DNA from: Dehalococcoidia bacterium
Lineage (GTDB): Bacteria; Chloroflexota; Dehalococcoidia; Lucifugimonadales; CBDFII01
Length of the DNA stretch: 64,000 nt
Assembly: GCA_965248115.1 (NCBI GenBank)
Contig: CBDFII010000004.1
Location: 465,999 to 529,998 of the forward strand
Direction: 5' to 3'
Position 1 is the first letter of the stretch. Every line of letters starts with the position of its first letter. The notes under the pieces were generated by a model. That model saw nothing but the letters and a program-made list of their open reading frames with translations. It made no database searches and was not told the origin of the DNA. The position numbers were made by a program, and so were the translations under genes. Below are positions 37,164 to 46,621 of the stretch, piece by piece.

Positions 37164-38582
37164 TTGGCAGATAACGACATAGCCTTGATGGCGCACCTGC
37201 TGCGGCGTGCCGGCTTCGGGTCCACCAGAGACGAGCTTGAGGCCTACTGTGCCAAGGGGTACGAGGCCACCGTAGAGGAGCTACTTCACCCTGAGACCCG
37301 GCCTCCTGCCATTGAAGAAGACCTGGTGGGCCGGTACTTACCCGAGTTTTCGGACTTGGGAGCCTTCGAGTCCAGCAGAGGATATTGGATGTACCGGATG
37401 ATTAACACCAAGCGTCCTCTGGAGGAGAAGATCGCCCTCTTCTGGCACGGAGTCCTGTGCTCAGGCGACTCTAAGGTAGATTCCCCTAGAATGATGAGCA
37501 TTCAGGTAGACATGTTTCGCCAGCATGGCCTCGATAGCTTCCGCGATCTGCTGGTCAAGCTGTCCAGGAACCCCACCATGGTGTACTTCCTAGACAATAG
37601 CGAGAGCCACAAAAACGCTATCAACGAGAACTATGGGCGGGAGCTTTTGGAGCTCTTCTCCATGGGCGTGGGGATGGATGGCCACCCCAACTACACCGAG
37701 GACGACGTTAAGGCCTGTTCCCGTGCCTTCACCGGCTGGAACGTAGCTCCCACCCTTCCAGTATTCCCTTTTGGCCGCACCCCCTGGCAGTTCCTGTACA
37801 ACTACTCGGACCACGACGAGGGTGTGAAAACGTTCCTGGGAGAGACGGGACGCTGGAACGGCGAGGATGTCATCGACATCATCGCGCAGCAGCCAGCTAC
37901 CGCCCGGTTCGTCTGCCGTCACCTGTACAACTTCTTCGTGGCCGATGAGGTTCAGGTTCCAGCATGGCAGGACACACCACCCCAGGACCCCGAGGCGATA
38001 CGTACGCTGGAGAAGGCCTTCGTGGAGCACAACTACGATATCCGTTCGGTATTGCGGGTGCTGTTCAACTCCGACTTCTTCAAGGAGGCCCGTTTCGCCA
38101 AGGTCAAGAGCCCTGCAGAGGTGGTGGCGGGCACCATGCGGCTGGTCCAGGACTTTACCTCCCCCAAGTTTGGCCTCCACAACATCGCCATAGAGGACAC
38201 CTATATGGGTCAAACCCTGCTTAACCCCCCCAGCGTGGAGGGATGGCACACAGGCAGGGAGTGGATCGACAGCGGCACTCTGGTGGAGCGCATCAACTTC
38301 GTTGCTGACCAGGTGGGCAATACCGACTTACCCGGTGTGAAGGCTATCGTCGATCGCCTTGCTGCCCAGGGCGCCATGTCTCCCCAGCAGTTCGTGGAGA
38401 GCTGCCTTGACCTGATGGGCTGCGTGGAGGTCACCGAGAAGACCCGCGACCAGCTCATCTCCCACGCCACCCGGGCTGGCGAGCTGCGAGGGGATAGCGG
38501 AGAGCACAAAGAGCACTTCGCCTCCCAGGTGGGGGAGATGCTCCAGCTCATCGTGTCCACCGGCGAGTACCAGTTCGGATAA
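37164..38582 (+). CDS. DUF1800 family protein
   Basis: 472 aa. ALMAHLLRRAGFG, LFWHG, NENYGRELLELFSMG and SRAFTGW are DUF1800 hallmarks. No signal peptide. TTG start. Confidence 0.85.
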   Translation: MADNDIALMAHLLRRAGFGSTRDELEAYCAKGYEATVEELLHPETRPPAIEEDLVGRYLPEFSDLGAFESSRGYWMYRMINTKRPLEEKIALFWHGVLCSGDSKVDSPRMMSIQVDMFRQHGLDSFRDLLVKLSRNPTMVYFLDNSESHKNAINENYGRELLELFSMGVGMDGHPNYTEDDVKACSRAFTGWNVAPTLPVFPFGRTPWQFLYNYSDHDEGVKTFLGETGRWNGEDVIDIIAQQPATARFVCRHLYNFFVADEVQVPAWQDTPPQDPEAIRTLEKAFVEHNYDIRSVLRVLFNSDFFKEARFAKVKSPAEVVAGTMRLVQDFTSPKFGLHNIAIEDTYMGQTLLNPPSVEGWHTGREWIDSGTLVERINFVADQVGNTDLPGVKAIVDRLAAQGAMSPQQFVESCLDLMGCVEVTEKTRDQLISHATRAGELRGDSGEHKEHFASQVGEMLQLIVSTGEYQFG

Positions 38583-38601
38583 GCTAAAAGGAGGCACTTC
38601 C

Positions 38602-39735
38602 ATGGCATCCTCAAAGGACCCCGTCCTGGCGGTTATCTCCCTGGCGGGGGGTAACGATTTCATGAACACCATCATCCCCTACAACAATCCCCTGTATAGG
38701 GACTACCGCCCCAACCTGGGCATCCCCGAAGAGGAGATTCTGCCCATCGATGACCAGGTGGCCTTCAACCCCAACCTGGAGCCCCTCAAGGAGCTCTACG
38801 ATCAGGGTAAGGTGGCCATCATCCTGGGGGTGGGCTATCCCAACCCCAACCGCTCTCACTTCCGCTCCATGGACATATGGCAGACCTCGGAGCCCGACAA
38901 GGTAGGCACCGAGGGCTGGCTGGGCCGGGCCATTAGGGAGCTGGACCCCAACAAGGAGAATGTGCTCACGGGGGTCAACTTCGGCCGGGGCCTGCCCAGG
39001 GCCATGGCAGCACCGGGGGTACCCGTGGCCTCGGTGGGTAACCTGGCCACCTACGGCGTTCTCACCGGCATCGCCGGTGAGGAGCAGCGGGCCGAGGCCC
39101 TGGAGGTCTTCTCCCGTATGTATGCCCCCGCCATCGGCACAGGCCCGGTGATAGACTACCTGTGGCAGACGGGGATGGATGCCCTCAAGGGCGCCGATAT
39201 CCTGAAGACGGCCCCTGAGAAGTATACCTCCAATATAGAGTATGGCCCCGATGTGGTATCCCAGGGGCTCAAGGGCATGGCGCAGGTGCACACCGCCGAC
39301 CTGGGCTCCCGTATCCTCTTCACCACCTCTCCCAACAACGCCTTCGACACCCACGCCAACCAGGCCCCCATCCACACCATGCTGTGGCGTAACCTCTCCA
39401 GGGCCATCGCCGACTTCTACCAGGACCTGAAGGAGCACGACCACAACCAGGAGGTGACCCTCCTCATGTTCAGCGAGTTCGGGCGCCGGGCCAGGGACAA
39501 CGGCACGGGCACCGACCACGGCACGGGGGGTGTGGCCTTCGTCATCGGCGACCGGGTCAAGGGGGGACTGTACGGTGAGTACCCCTCTCTGGAGCAGGAC
39601 AAGCTGGAGGACGAGGGGGACCTGCTCCACAACGTAGATTTCCGCAGCATGTACTCCACCATTCTGGAGAGGGGGCTGGGTCTGGACCCAGTGCCCATCG
39701 TGGGGGGTAACTTCGAGCAGTTGGACTTTCTGTAG
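38602..39735 (+). CDS. DUF1501 family protein (sulfatase/alkaline-phosphatase-like fold)
   Basis: 377 aa. GGNDFMN, YPNPNRSHFRSMDIW, GWLGR, FDTHANQ and SEFGRR..DNGTGTDHG match DUF1501. It starts directly at the conserved core with no twin-arginine leader. Confidence 0.85.
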   Translation: MASSKDPVLAVISLAGGNDFMNTIIPYNNPLYRDYRPNLGIPEEEILPIDDQVAFNPNLEPLKELYDQGKVAIILGVGYPNPNRSHFRSMDIWQTSEPDKVGTEGWLGRAIRELDPNKENVLTGVNFGRGLPRAMAAPGVPVASVGNLATYGVLTGIAGEEQRAEALEVFSRMYAPAIGTGPVIDYLWQTGMDALKGADILKTAPEKYTSNIEYGPDVVSQGLKGMAQVHTADLGSRILFTTSPNNAFDTHANQAPIHTMLWRNLSRAIADFYQDLKEHDHNQEVTLLMFSEFGRRARDNGTGTDHGTGGVAFVIGDRVKGGLYGEYPSLEQDKLEDEGDLLHNVDFRSMYSTILERGLGLDPVPIVGGNFEQLDFL

Positions 39736-39762
39736 GAGTACCGACGTAACGAGCTTGAACAG

Positions 39763-39800
39763 CGGGAGTCCCAGACCTATGGTGGGACTCCCGTCTCTTT
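39763..39800 (+). terminator. Rho-independent-type terminator after the DUF1501 gene
   Basis: Perfect 11-bp stem CGGGAGTCCCA / TGGGACTCCCG with a 9-nt loop, followed by TCTCTTT. Begins 28 nt after the stop codon. Confidence 0.6.
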
Positions 39801-39855
39801 GGAGCTGCCCTTACCAGGGCTCCTAAATAGGAAAGTTGGTGAGGTGGACTCTAAC

Positions 39856-39887
39856 AAAGTGACGCCGCATTAATGCGGCGTCACTTT
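39856..39887. repeat. 32-bp perfect palindrome (bidirectional terminator / REP-like element), family member 1
   Basis: AAAGTGACGCCGCATTAATGCGGCGTCACTTT lies between the convergent DUF1501 and MMPL genes. It shares the core CGCCG.ATTAATGCGGCG with 46541..46570. Confidence 0.7.
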
Positions 39888-39946
39888 GTCACTCCGAAAC
39901 CTATGGCAAGTGGATATCTATAGTAATCTTACGTCTTTGGGTACGG

Positions 39947-42150
39947 TCAGGCAGGCATCACCTCGGGCACTTCCTTGTCCCCAACCTGATCCACTTCAAC
40001 GCGAAAGTCGGGCAGCCATTCGAGCCACGAGGGCAGATACCAGTTCCACTTGCCCAGAAGCTTCATGGCGGCAGGCACCAGAACCATCCGGACGATGGTG
40101 GCGTCGAGGAGTATAGCGATCCCCAGGCCGAAGCCCATCTGCTGCAATCCGATTATGTCGCCAGCGGCAAAGGACCAAAACACAGCGACCATGATGAGGG
40201 CCGCTCCAGTGATGAGGCTCCCTGTGGATCGAATGCCGAAAGCCACCGAACCGGTGTTGTCCTGGGTCTGGTCGAAACGCTCCCGGATACGGCTGAGGAG
40301 AAAGACGTGATAGTCCATGGATAGGCCAAACAGGATGGCAAATTGTGTGAATATGCCCAGATCCTCACCCACGCCTTTCTGAAAGACAAGAACCAGGATT
40401 CCATAGGTCGCTCCCACGGAAAGTAGATTCAGTATAATGGCTTTAAGCGGCACGATAATTGATCGGAAAACGAGCATTAGCAAGAAGAAGCTTATGCCCA
40501 GGACGAAAGGGAATATATAGAACACGGCATTGTTGGCCGTGTCGAAGAAGTCCATGTTATATGCGGTCTCACCTGTGACACTTACTGTCGCAGGAACGCC
40601 TGCAAAGGCGGCAGGGACATACTCGCGGCGGAGTCTGCTGATAGCGGCTTTGGACTCATCCTCAGCGGAATCACCAGCTACCGGCACGGTAAGCAGCGCC
40701 ACAGTCCCGGCCTTGTTCACCTCCAGAGGAGCCGCCAAGGAGAATGCGTTGACTATGTCCGTCGCCATGGCCGCCTTTAGGCTCTCGATAGCCCCTTGCA
40801 CAGGCTGAGAGGCAATATCGCCCTCAATGACTATCTGCGCCGGCGTCACATTTCCCGCGGAGAATTTCGCGTCAAGAACATCGAAACCCTGCTTGGACCG
40901 CAGGTCGTCGGGCAGGTGCTGATCCCCTGGAAGCCTGTACTGAGATCGAAGGCGGGATAGGCAGCGGCGATAAGGAGACCTCCGGCCAGCAAAAGGCTAA
41001 TCACAGGCCGTCGCATGACTCCATGAGGAATCCTGTCCCAGAAGCCACCGGCGCTCTGCTCGTCGAATCTGGTCTGTGCCCTACCGATCCAAGGGATAGA
41101 CAGCCGATTGACCCCATCCCCCATGAGACTGAGTACAGCAGGCAGAAGGGTCATGGCGGCCGTTACTGAGGTGATCACCACCACAATAGCGCCGATGCCA
41201 AGACCGATAAAGACGTTGAAGGGTACCAACAACATGCCAATGAGGCCCAGAACCACGGCCATGCCACTGAAGAGGACGGCCCGGGTGGCCGTCCCCCCAG
41301 CCCGCCCGATCGCATCGATCTTCTCCAGGCCCCGGGCCCGCTCCTCCCGGTAACGGGCAACGATAAAGAGGGAGTAGTCGATGCCGACGGCGAGGCCGAT
41401 CATGAACATGATGTTTTGGACGAAAAAGGACAGCGCGAAGGCCTGTCCGACTATGGAGACAATCCCCATTGCAACGATGATGGAGACGACAGCCAGCACA
41501 ATGGGCACCAGCGCTGCCACCAGGGCCCCGAACACCACCACGAGAATGATGAGGGCAGCGGGCACTCCAAAGATCTCTCCCTTCTCGAGTCCCTCCTGAG
41601 CCACCTCCTGAAAGTCCTCACCAACAGTGGCCTGGCCGAATATCAGAACCTCGAAATCGCCCTGCTTATTGGCGTCCACTACCTCGAGGGCCTTGTGGAT
41701 GTTGTCTGTAGCGTCGTCGAAGTCTCCGGCCATAATGAGGGGCATAATGGTGGTGAGGCGGTCCTCTGAGACCAAGAAGGGGGCTCCTGTCTGATAATAA
41801 TTGATAAACGTTCCTTCTCTGATAATCTCGGGCCCCAACGCCGCAACTTTCCCATAGAAAGCCTCAACGAACTCTTGAAAAGCAGGGTCGTCAACGGTGA
41901 GGGTATCCGACTGGACGATGAGCACCTCGTTGGTGCTGAAGGGGAGGCCGCGCAACTCTACTATCAGGTCCACCCCACGCTGGGACTCGGGGGTGTTGGT
42001 GAAGACGAACTAGGTAGTGACAGCATCGTCAAAGAGGCTGGCAACGAGGCCGACAGCCACAACCACAATCAACACCCATATGCTGATGGTGGTCCATGGC
42101 CGTGTCGCGCATCGGCGAGTCAATGATTCAGAAGAGATCCCTAGCGCCAT
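39947..42150 (-). pseudogene. MMPL/RND-superfamily transporter, disrupted (in-frame TAG plus frameshift)
   Basis: An ATG at 42150 with an AGGAGGAGG RBS opens MALGISSESL...DDAVTT-TAG(42010..42012)-FVFTNTPESQRGVDLIVELRG, continuing into track ORF 40846..41973. Near 40915 the frame shifts (GIST | LPDDLRSKQGFDVLDAKFSAGNVTPAQIVIEGD) into ORF 39947..40849. Confidence 0.7.
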
Positions 42151-42366
42151 ACCTCCTCCTTTGCAATCCCTCTCGTATCAGGAACCCTTGATCGGACAGA
42201 ACTCCCTATGTAGATTGTGAAAAGAAGCACGTACTCACACCAGCGGATAAGTGTAGGCAAATAAGGCAGTGCTGTCAACACAGCCTAAATGAGGGTGCAG
42301 ACAATGTGAGGTGTATAATCTTGGAAGGACCTGACCACCGTGACCAAATTGATGGGGAGGTATTCC

Positions 42367-43179
42367 ATGGCAACGTCTATGAAGGGCTCAGAGCATTATG
42401 TATCGCGCCCTGATGGAAGAGTTTACTATTACAAGGTAGGTTTGGGAGAGCCGTTGCTGCTACTCCACCCTATTAATAATAGTGGATGGTGCTGGAGAAA
42501 CGTCATCGACAGGTTGGCAGAGCATTTCACCTGCTATAACGTAGACCTGCCTGGCTTTGACAACTCGGACATCCCCCCTGGTAAGTATTCCGTTGAGGAC
42601 TTCGTCCAGGCTACTGTGGATGTGTTGGAAAGTGCAGGGATCAAGCACACTTCCATCCTAGCAACCCACACGGGTGCAATGGTCTCAGTAGTCCTGGCCG
42701 CCACTTACCCTCAACGGGTGAAAAGGATGGTATTTGATGCTCTGCCCTACTGGAGTGAGGAGGAAGGTCGGGCCTATTTAGAAAAATTCATCAGGCCCCA
42801 GTTCACCGATACGATCTCTTATGATATTCCAGTTGCGCCCATGATTACATGGGAAGAGGCTGCACAGAACAACACCAATCTTACCAAGGAACGCTGGGAA
42901 AAGACCGAGGAAATCAAAGGGAAAAGCCGGCGCTGGACTCGACTTTGCTACGAGGCAATCACCAACTTCAATATGCATGAGTACGGACCCAAGTTGAAGG
43001 TGCCCACCTTAATTATGTTTGGAGATGGAGAGAGGATACGCTTTGGGGAGCAACTGGCCAATAAGGATATAAAGGGCTCAATTCTGCATGTAGTAGAAGG
43101 GTGTCCAGGTGCCGTCCACGAATTTAAACCTGAGGAGTTGCTAAGGCTGGCCTTGCCGTTTCTCCTGAACTCTCAGTGA
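42367..43179 (+). CDS. Alpha/beta-fold protein, atypical (His at the nucleophile-elbow position)
   Basis: Typical alpha/beta-hydrolase layout (LLLLHP...DLPGFD.S...), but the elbow reads ILATHTGAMV instead of G-x-S-x-G. The ATG at 42367 is preceded by GGGGAGG; the track start at 42340 is also possible. Confidence 0.7.
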   Translation: MATSMKGSEHYVSRPDGRVYYYKVGLGEPLLLLHPINNSGWCWRNVIDRLAEHFTCYNVDLPGFDNSDIPPGKYSVEDFVQATVDVLESAGIKHTSILATHTGAMVSVVLAATYPQRVKRMVFDALPYWSEEEGRAYLEKFIRPQFTDTISYDIPVAPMITWEEAAQNNTNLTKERWEKTEEIKGKSRRWTRLCYEAITNFNMHEYGPKLKVPTLIMFGDGERIRFGEQLANKDIKGSILHVVEGCPGAVHEFKPEELLRLALPFLLNSQ

Positions 43180-43222
43180 GTACGAATCTCTTTTTAAGGC
43201 GTGGCGAACTTAAGAGGGGGCA

Positions 43223-43744
43223 TCAAGACACACCTGCTGCCTGCAGGAACTCCTCTGCCGCCATCACGGTCCCCTGGCGAGGATATATCTTCTCTATCAG
43301 CACTCGGTGCACTTCTGGGTCTGGATCGCCACAGGCATCCCCTATCACCACCAGGTTGTAGTTGATATCGGCAGCCCAGCGTACAGTAGAGAGGACACAC
43401 CCGCTGGTGGATACTCCCATCAGAACCAGGGTATCCTTGCCCATCTCCCGTAGCAGCACATCCAAACCAGTAGTGGAGAAGGGGCTCGTCCTGGTCTTGG
43501 CAATTATACGATCCCCAGGGGATGGCGCCACGCCGGAGTGTATCTCTGTTCCAGAGGAAGGAGTCTCAAAGCGGCCACCCCGGTGGGTAACGTAGATTAC
43601 TGGAATCCCCACCTGCCGGGCCCCTTCTAGCACTTGGGATGCCCTCTGGATCACTTCCTTAGACACATTCTTCACAATGTCGTTCTGGTAGTCCATTATA
43701 ATGACCACTGTCCTGTCGCGATCCAGAGTCTGCTGCTGTGTCAT
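43223..43744 (-). CDS. Isochorismatase-family cysteine hydrolase
   Basis: 173 aa with V.I.MDYQNDIV, a conserved Lys region and the catalytic Cys context LVLMGVSTSGCVLSTVR. Confidence 0.8.
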   Translation of the reverse strand: MTQQQTLDRDRTVVIIMDYQNDIVKNVSKEVIQRASQVLEGARQVGIPVIYVTHRGGRFETPSSGTEIHSGVAPSPGDRIIAKTRTSPFSTTGLDVLLREMGKDTLVLMGVSTSGCVLSTVRWAADINYNLVVIGDACGDPDPEVHRVLIEKIYPRQGTVMAAEEFLQAAGVS

Positions 43745-43889
43745 TGGTCTCTCTCCCTTCTAAGGTGGCTACGACTCACCAAGTTTCTTTCCCAAGTCTC
43801 TTAGAAGCAACTTCCAACTTAAAAACAATAGGCGTCAGGGGAGGTTCTGTCCTGAATGGGGTGGACTGTAATCACCGATGTATTGCGTG

Positions 43890-45101
43890 TCAACTTCCAT
43901 AGACAATCGCCTGATCCAGGTAGGAGGTAAGGTCAACTCTCTGGCCGTTAAGGCCAATGGATTGGGTAGCAGCCACCCCCAGGGCCACGCTATACAATCC
44001 AGCCAGTATGTCAGCCACTGGACGGCGCTCGGTGGCCACACACTGCAAAAAGGAGTCAATTAAGGGCTCGTCGCCACCGCCATGCTCGTCCCTCATCTCC
44101 TCAGGAAACTCGATAGTCTTCGATATGCCGCCCACGGTCTCTAGGCCGATGGTACCATTGGCCTGACTGGCGTGTATTTGACCATTTTGCCCAATTAGCA
44201 GAAAATGCCGCTCGTGGCGAGCGCCAGTGGTTGAAAAGCTAAAGGTTAGGCGGACGCCATTCTCATACTGTACGTTCATTACGGCGTTGTCTACCGAGTC
44301 CTTTTCCGAGTTATACACGCAAAGGTCATTGGCATAAGTCAGAGGATCATGTCGCTCCTTCCGGGTCTGATAAATCCAGTTATAAGCATCCACCCGATAG
44401 GCCGCAGGGCAAGCGGCCGTGAGAGCACAGTCCCGGCAACGTTCTGCTGCCCCCTGTTTCGGCACAAAGGTCTGAGTCCCGCCACTGGCAGTGACCCACG
44501 CTGGCCTGGATCCTATTATCCAGTTGATTACATCTAAGGTGTGGCACGCCTTGTGAACCAAAAGTCCCCCGCTTTTCCTACGAAATCGATGCCAACGACG
44601 AAAGAAGGCGGCTCCATGATAATACTCCACTACCTCAGAGGCGTTTATCTGTAGCAGAGGGCAAATAGCACCAGATTCTATGATTTCTCTCAATTTGACG
44701 ACAAAAGGGGCATAGCGAAGCATAAATCCTATTTGTACGACCTGCTTTGAGGCCATAGCTCTCCTGGTCATATCCAAGGCATCCTCGATAGTGGTGGCCA
44801 TTGGCTTCTCACAGATGGTATGTTTTCCAGCCTCCAGGCCCTTTTCCAACATCTCCCGGTGAGTGAAATCGGGAGTGGTAATAATCACCGCCTCCACTTG
44901 GGGGTCTTTGACCATATCGTCCAGACTATGGTAAGAGCGAATGTCTCCTCCCAGGTCTACTACGGCGCTGTTAAGCCGCGACTCATCATAGTCAGCCAGA
45001 GCTACCAGGCGAGCCTTCTCTGGGTGGGCTTTTATATAGGGCCCAAAGAAATACATGCACCGTTGGCCTGTACCAACGATGCCTATACCTAAGGCTGGCA
45101 T
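43890..45101 (-). CDS. Gfo/Idh/MocA family NAD(P)-dependent oxidoreductase
   Basis: N-terminal Rossmann motif GIGIVGTGQR and an EKP motif (ICEKPMA) with a C-terminal alpha/beta domain. GGGAGA RBS. Confidence 0.8.
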   Translation of the reverse strand: MPALGIGIVGTGQRCMYFFGPYIKAHPEKARLVALADYDESRLNSAVVDLGGDIRSYHSLDDMVKDPQVEAVIITTPDFTHREMLEKGLEAGKHTICEKPMATTIEDALDMTRRAMASKQVVQIGFMLRYAPFVVKLREIIESGAICPLLQINASEVVEYYHGAAFFRRWHRFRRKSGGLLVHKACHTLDVINWIIGSRPAWVTASGGTQTFVPKQGAAERCRDCALTAACPAAYRVDAYNWIYQTRKERHDPLTYANDLCVYNSEKDSVDNAVMNVQYENGVRLTFSFSTTGARHERHFLLIGQNGQIHASQANGTIGLETVGGISKTIEFPEEMRDEHGGGDEPLIDSFLQCVATERRPVADILAGLYSVALGVAATQSIGLNGQRVDLTSYLDQAIVYGS

Positions 45102-45243
45102 GCAAAGTCTCCCGGATTTTCAGATTTCATCACCTGCCCCATAGAAAGGCGTTATATGCACTGTATGGGTTCCAGGTCTTGTATATGTAGACTTAGCCTG
45201 GCTCCAACAAATCCTCCTTCCTTTGAAGGGGTGAGCAAATTGT

Positions 45244-46455
45244 TCATCGATACATAGATCGACGCCGTACAAAGGTCAGCAGCAGTGCGCCGACGCTGGC
45301 CAGGCCAGCCATCATCCACCAGCCCATGTCGTAGGAGCCAGTTCTATCCACAATGAGGCCAAATAAAGGGGGACCAAAGGCACCCGTTCGGGCAAAAATT
45401 GTCACAAAGCCGATACCCGTTCCAACGAGCTCTGGCTGTACCAGGCCAACCACCAGAGCCAGATACACCCCTGTCCATCCCAGGGCAGTAACCCCCAAGA
45501 ACGCGGCCAACACTCCTACTACTACCCCAGGTGCATCCGAGGGCAACCAAATCATTGAGATTGTACCCAGCATTGACAGCGCACATACCAGAGCTAAAAT
45601 CACTGCTGGACGTCCACCCAGTAGGTCGCTGATCAGACCCCAGAAAACACGCCCCACAACGCTGGCCGCAAAGGCTATAGCCAGAAAGCTCGCCGCCACA
45701 GACACAGACATGCCCAGCTTTTCTATTAGGAAGAGTATCAGGTAGCTTCCGACGACCAGGTATAAAGCCAGGAGGATAGCACTAGAGAAGCCAACTAACC
45801 AGATATCTCGGTCACTAGCCAGTGTCACTATACCTCTTATCAAGCTGGGCCTTCCCCCGCTGGTGCCGCTGTCAGGCTTATTCCGGTAAGAGGCGAAGAT
45901 CACCATACCTAGTACACCGACGATAAGGCCGAGGACCAGCACAGCAGTGCGCCAGCTATAGGCTGCTGCCAAAAATGGGAAGAGGGCTGCAGCAACAATT
46001 CCGCTAAGAGGTACACTCGTCTCCTTAATTCCCATAGATAGGCCGCGGGTCTGAGGTGTCACCCAATCCATGATGGCTTTAACGCTGGCGGGGGTAATCC
46101 CCGCAGTAGTTAGGCTTATCAAAAAGGCCAAAACAACGCCCTGATTTAGCGATTTGATCTGGGAAAAGAGAAGGAGCCCCGCAGTCATCGCCAGCAACCC
46201 CACACTTATGATTTTGCGTACGCCCATCCTATCCGCCAGCCATCCCATAATGAGAGTGGTACTGGTGGCACCCAAAAACAGCCCAGAGGTGATAAGGCCC
46301 AGCTGGGCGAGACTGGCCCCAAAGTCCTCCTTAATGAAGGGGAAGAGAATTGGCAGGCCCTGTTGTATGAAGCCCTCACCCATAGTTGCCAAAAGGGCAA
46401 GGACAACAACAATCCACGCATAGGGAATGGCCGACATAAGAGGAATCCGCATCAC
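45244..46455 (-). CDS. MFS transporter (paralog of 3937..5148)
   Basis: 403 aa, polytopic and colinear with the MFS at 3937..5148 over its whole length. Confidence 0.85.
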   Translation of the reverse strand: MMRIPLMSAIPYAWIVVVLALLATMGEGFIQQGLPILFPFIKEDFGASLAQLGLITSGLFLGATSTTLIMGWLADRMGVRKIISVGLLAMTAGLLLFSQIKSLNQGVVLAFLISLTTAGITPASVKAIMDWVTPQTRGLSMGIKETSVPLSGIVAAALFPFLAAAYSWRTAVLVLGLIVGVLGMVIFASYRNKPDSGTSGGRPSLIRGIVTLASDRDIWLVGFSSAILLALYLVVGSYLILFLIEKLGMSVSVAASFLAIAFAASVVGRVFWGLISDLLGGRPAVILALVCALSMLGTISMIWLPSDAPGVVVGVLAAFLGVTALGWTGVYLALVVGLVQPELVGTGIGFVTIFARTGAFGPPLFGLIVDRTGSYDMGWWMMAGLASVGALLLTFVRRRSMYR

Positions 46456-46540
46456 GGCGCTTTAAGTGCCCTTGGCTCTGTTAAGCTTACTTGTAGAGTT
46501 GCCACAAGTCGGGGAGCTACATAACTTTGGCTACAAGACT

Positions 46541-46570
46541 GAGTGGCGCCGGATTAATGCGGCGCCACTC
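46541..46570. repeat. 30-bp hairpin (11-bp perfect stem), palindromic element family member 2
   Basis: GAGTGGCGCCG-GATTAATG-CGGCGCCACTC lies between the NHL gene stop (46622) and the MFS start (46455) on the minus strand. It has the same ATTAATGCGGCG core as 39856..39887. Confidence 0.7.
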
Positions 46571-46621
46571 CTGTTCAGTAAAGTAGATATAGAGGCAGCC
46601 CCAATGCCATAGGCCAACCTC

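Noticed and set aside
38611-39630. 339-aa minus-strand ORF, together with 37590..38249, 9226..9846, 61256..61876 and 61698..62249 (all on the minus strand).
   Set aside because: Each lies fully antisense to a gene with strong family motifs (DUF1501, DUF1800, IMPase, ABC ATPase). They have low-complexity G/V/P/H/R-rich translations and no RBS.
42010-42012. The in-frame TAG in the MMPL gene could be a pyrrolysine or read-through codon.
   Set aside because: No pyl genes or PYLIS-like context are visible. The position aligns with an ordinary Glu-type residue, and the same gene also carries a frameshift. Nonsense mutation or sequencing error is the simpler explanation.
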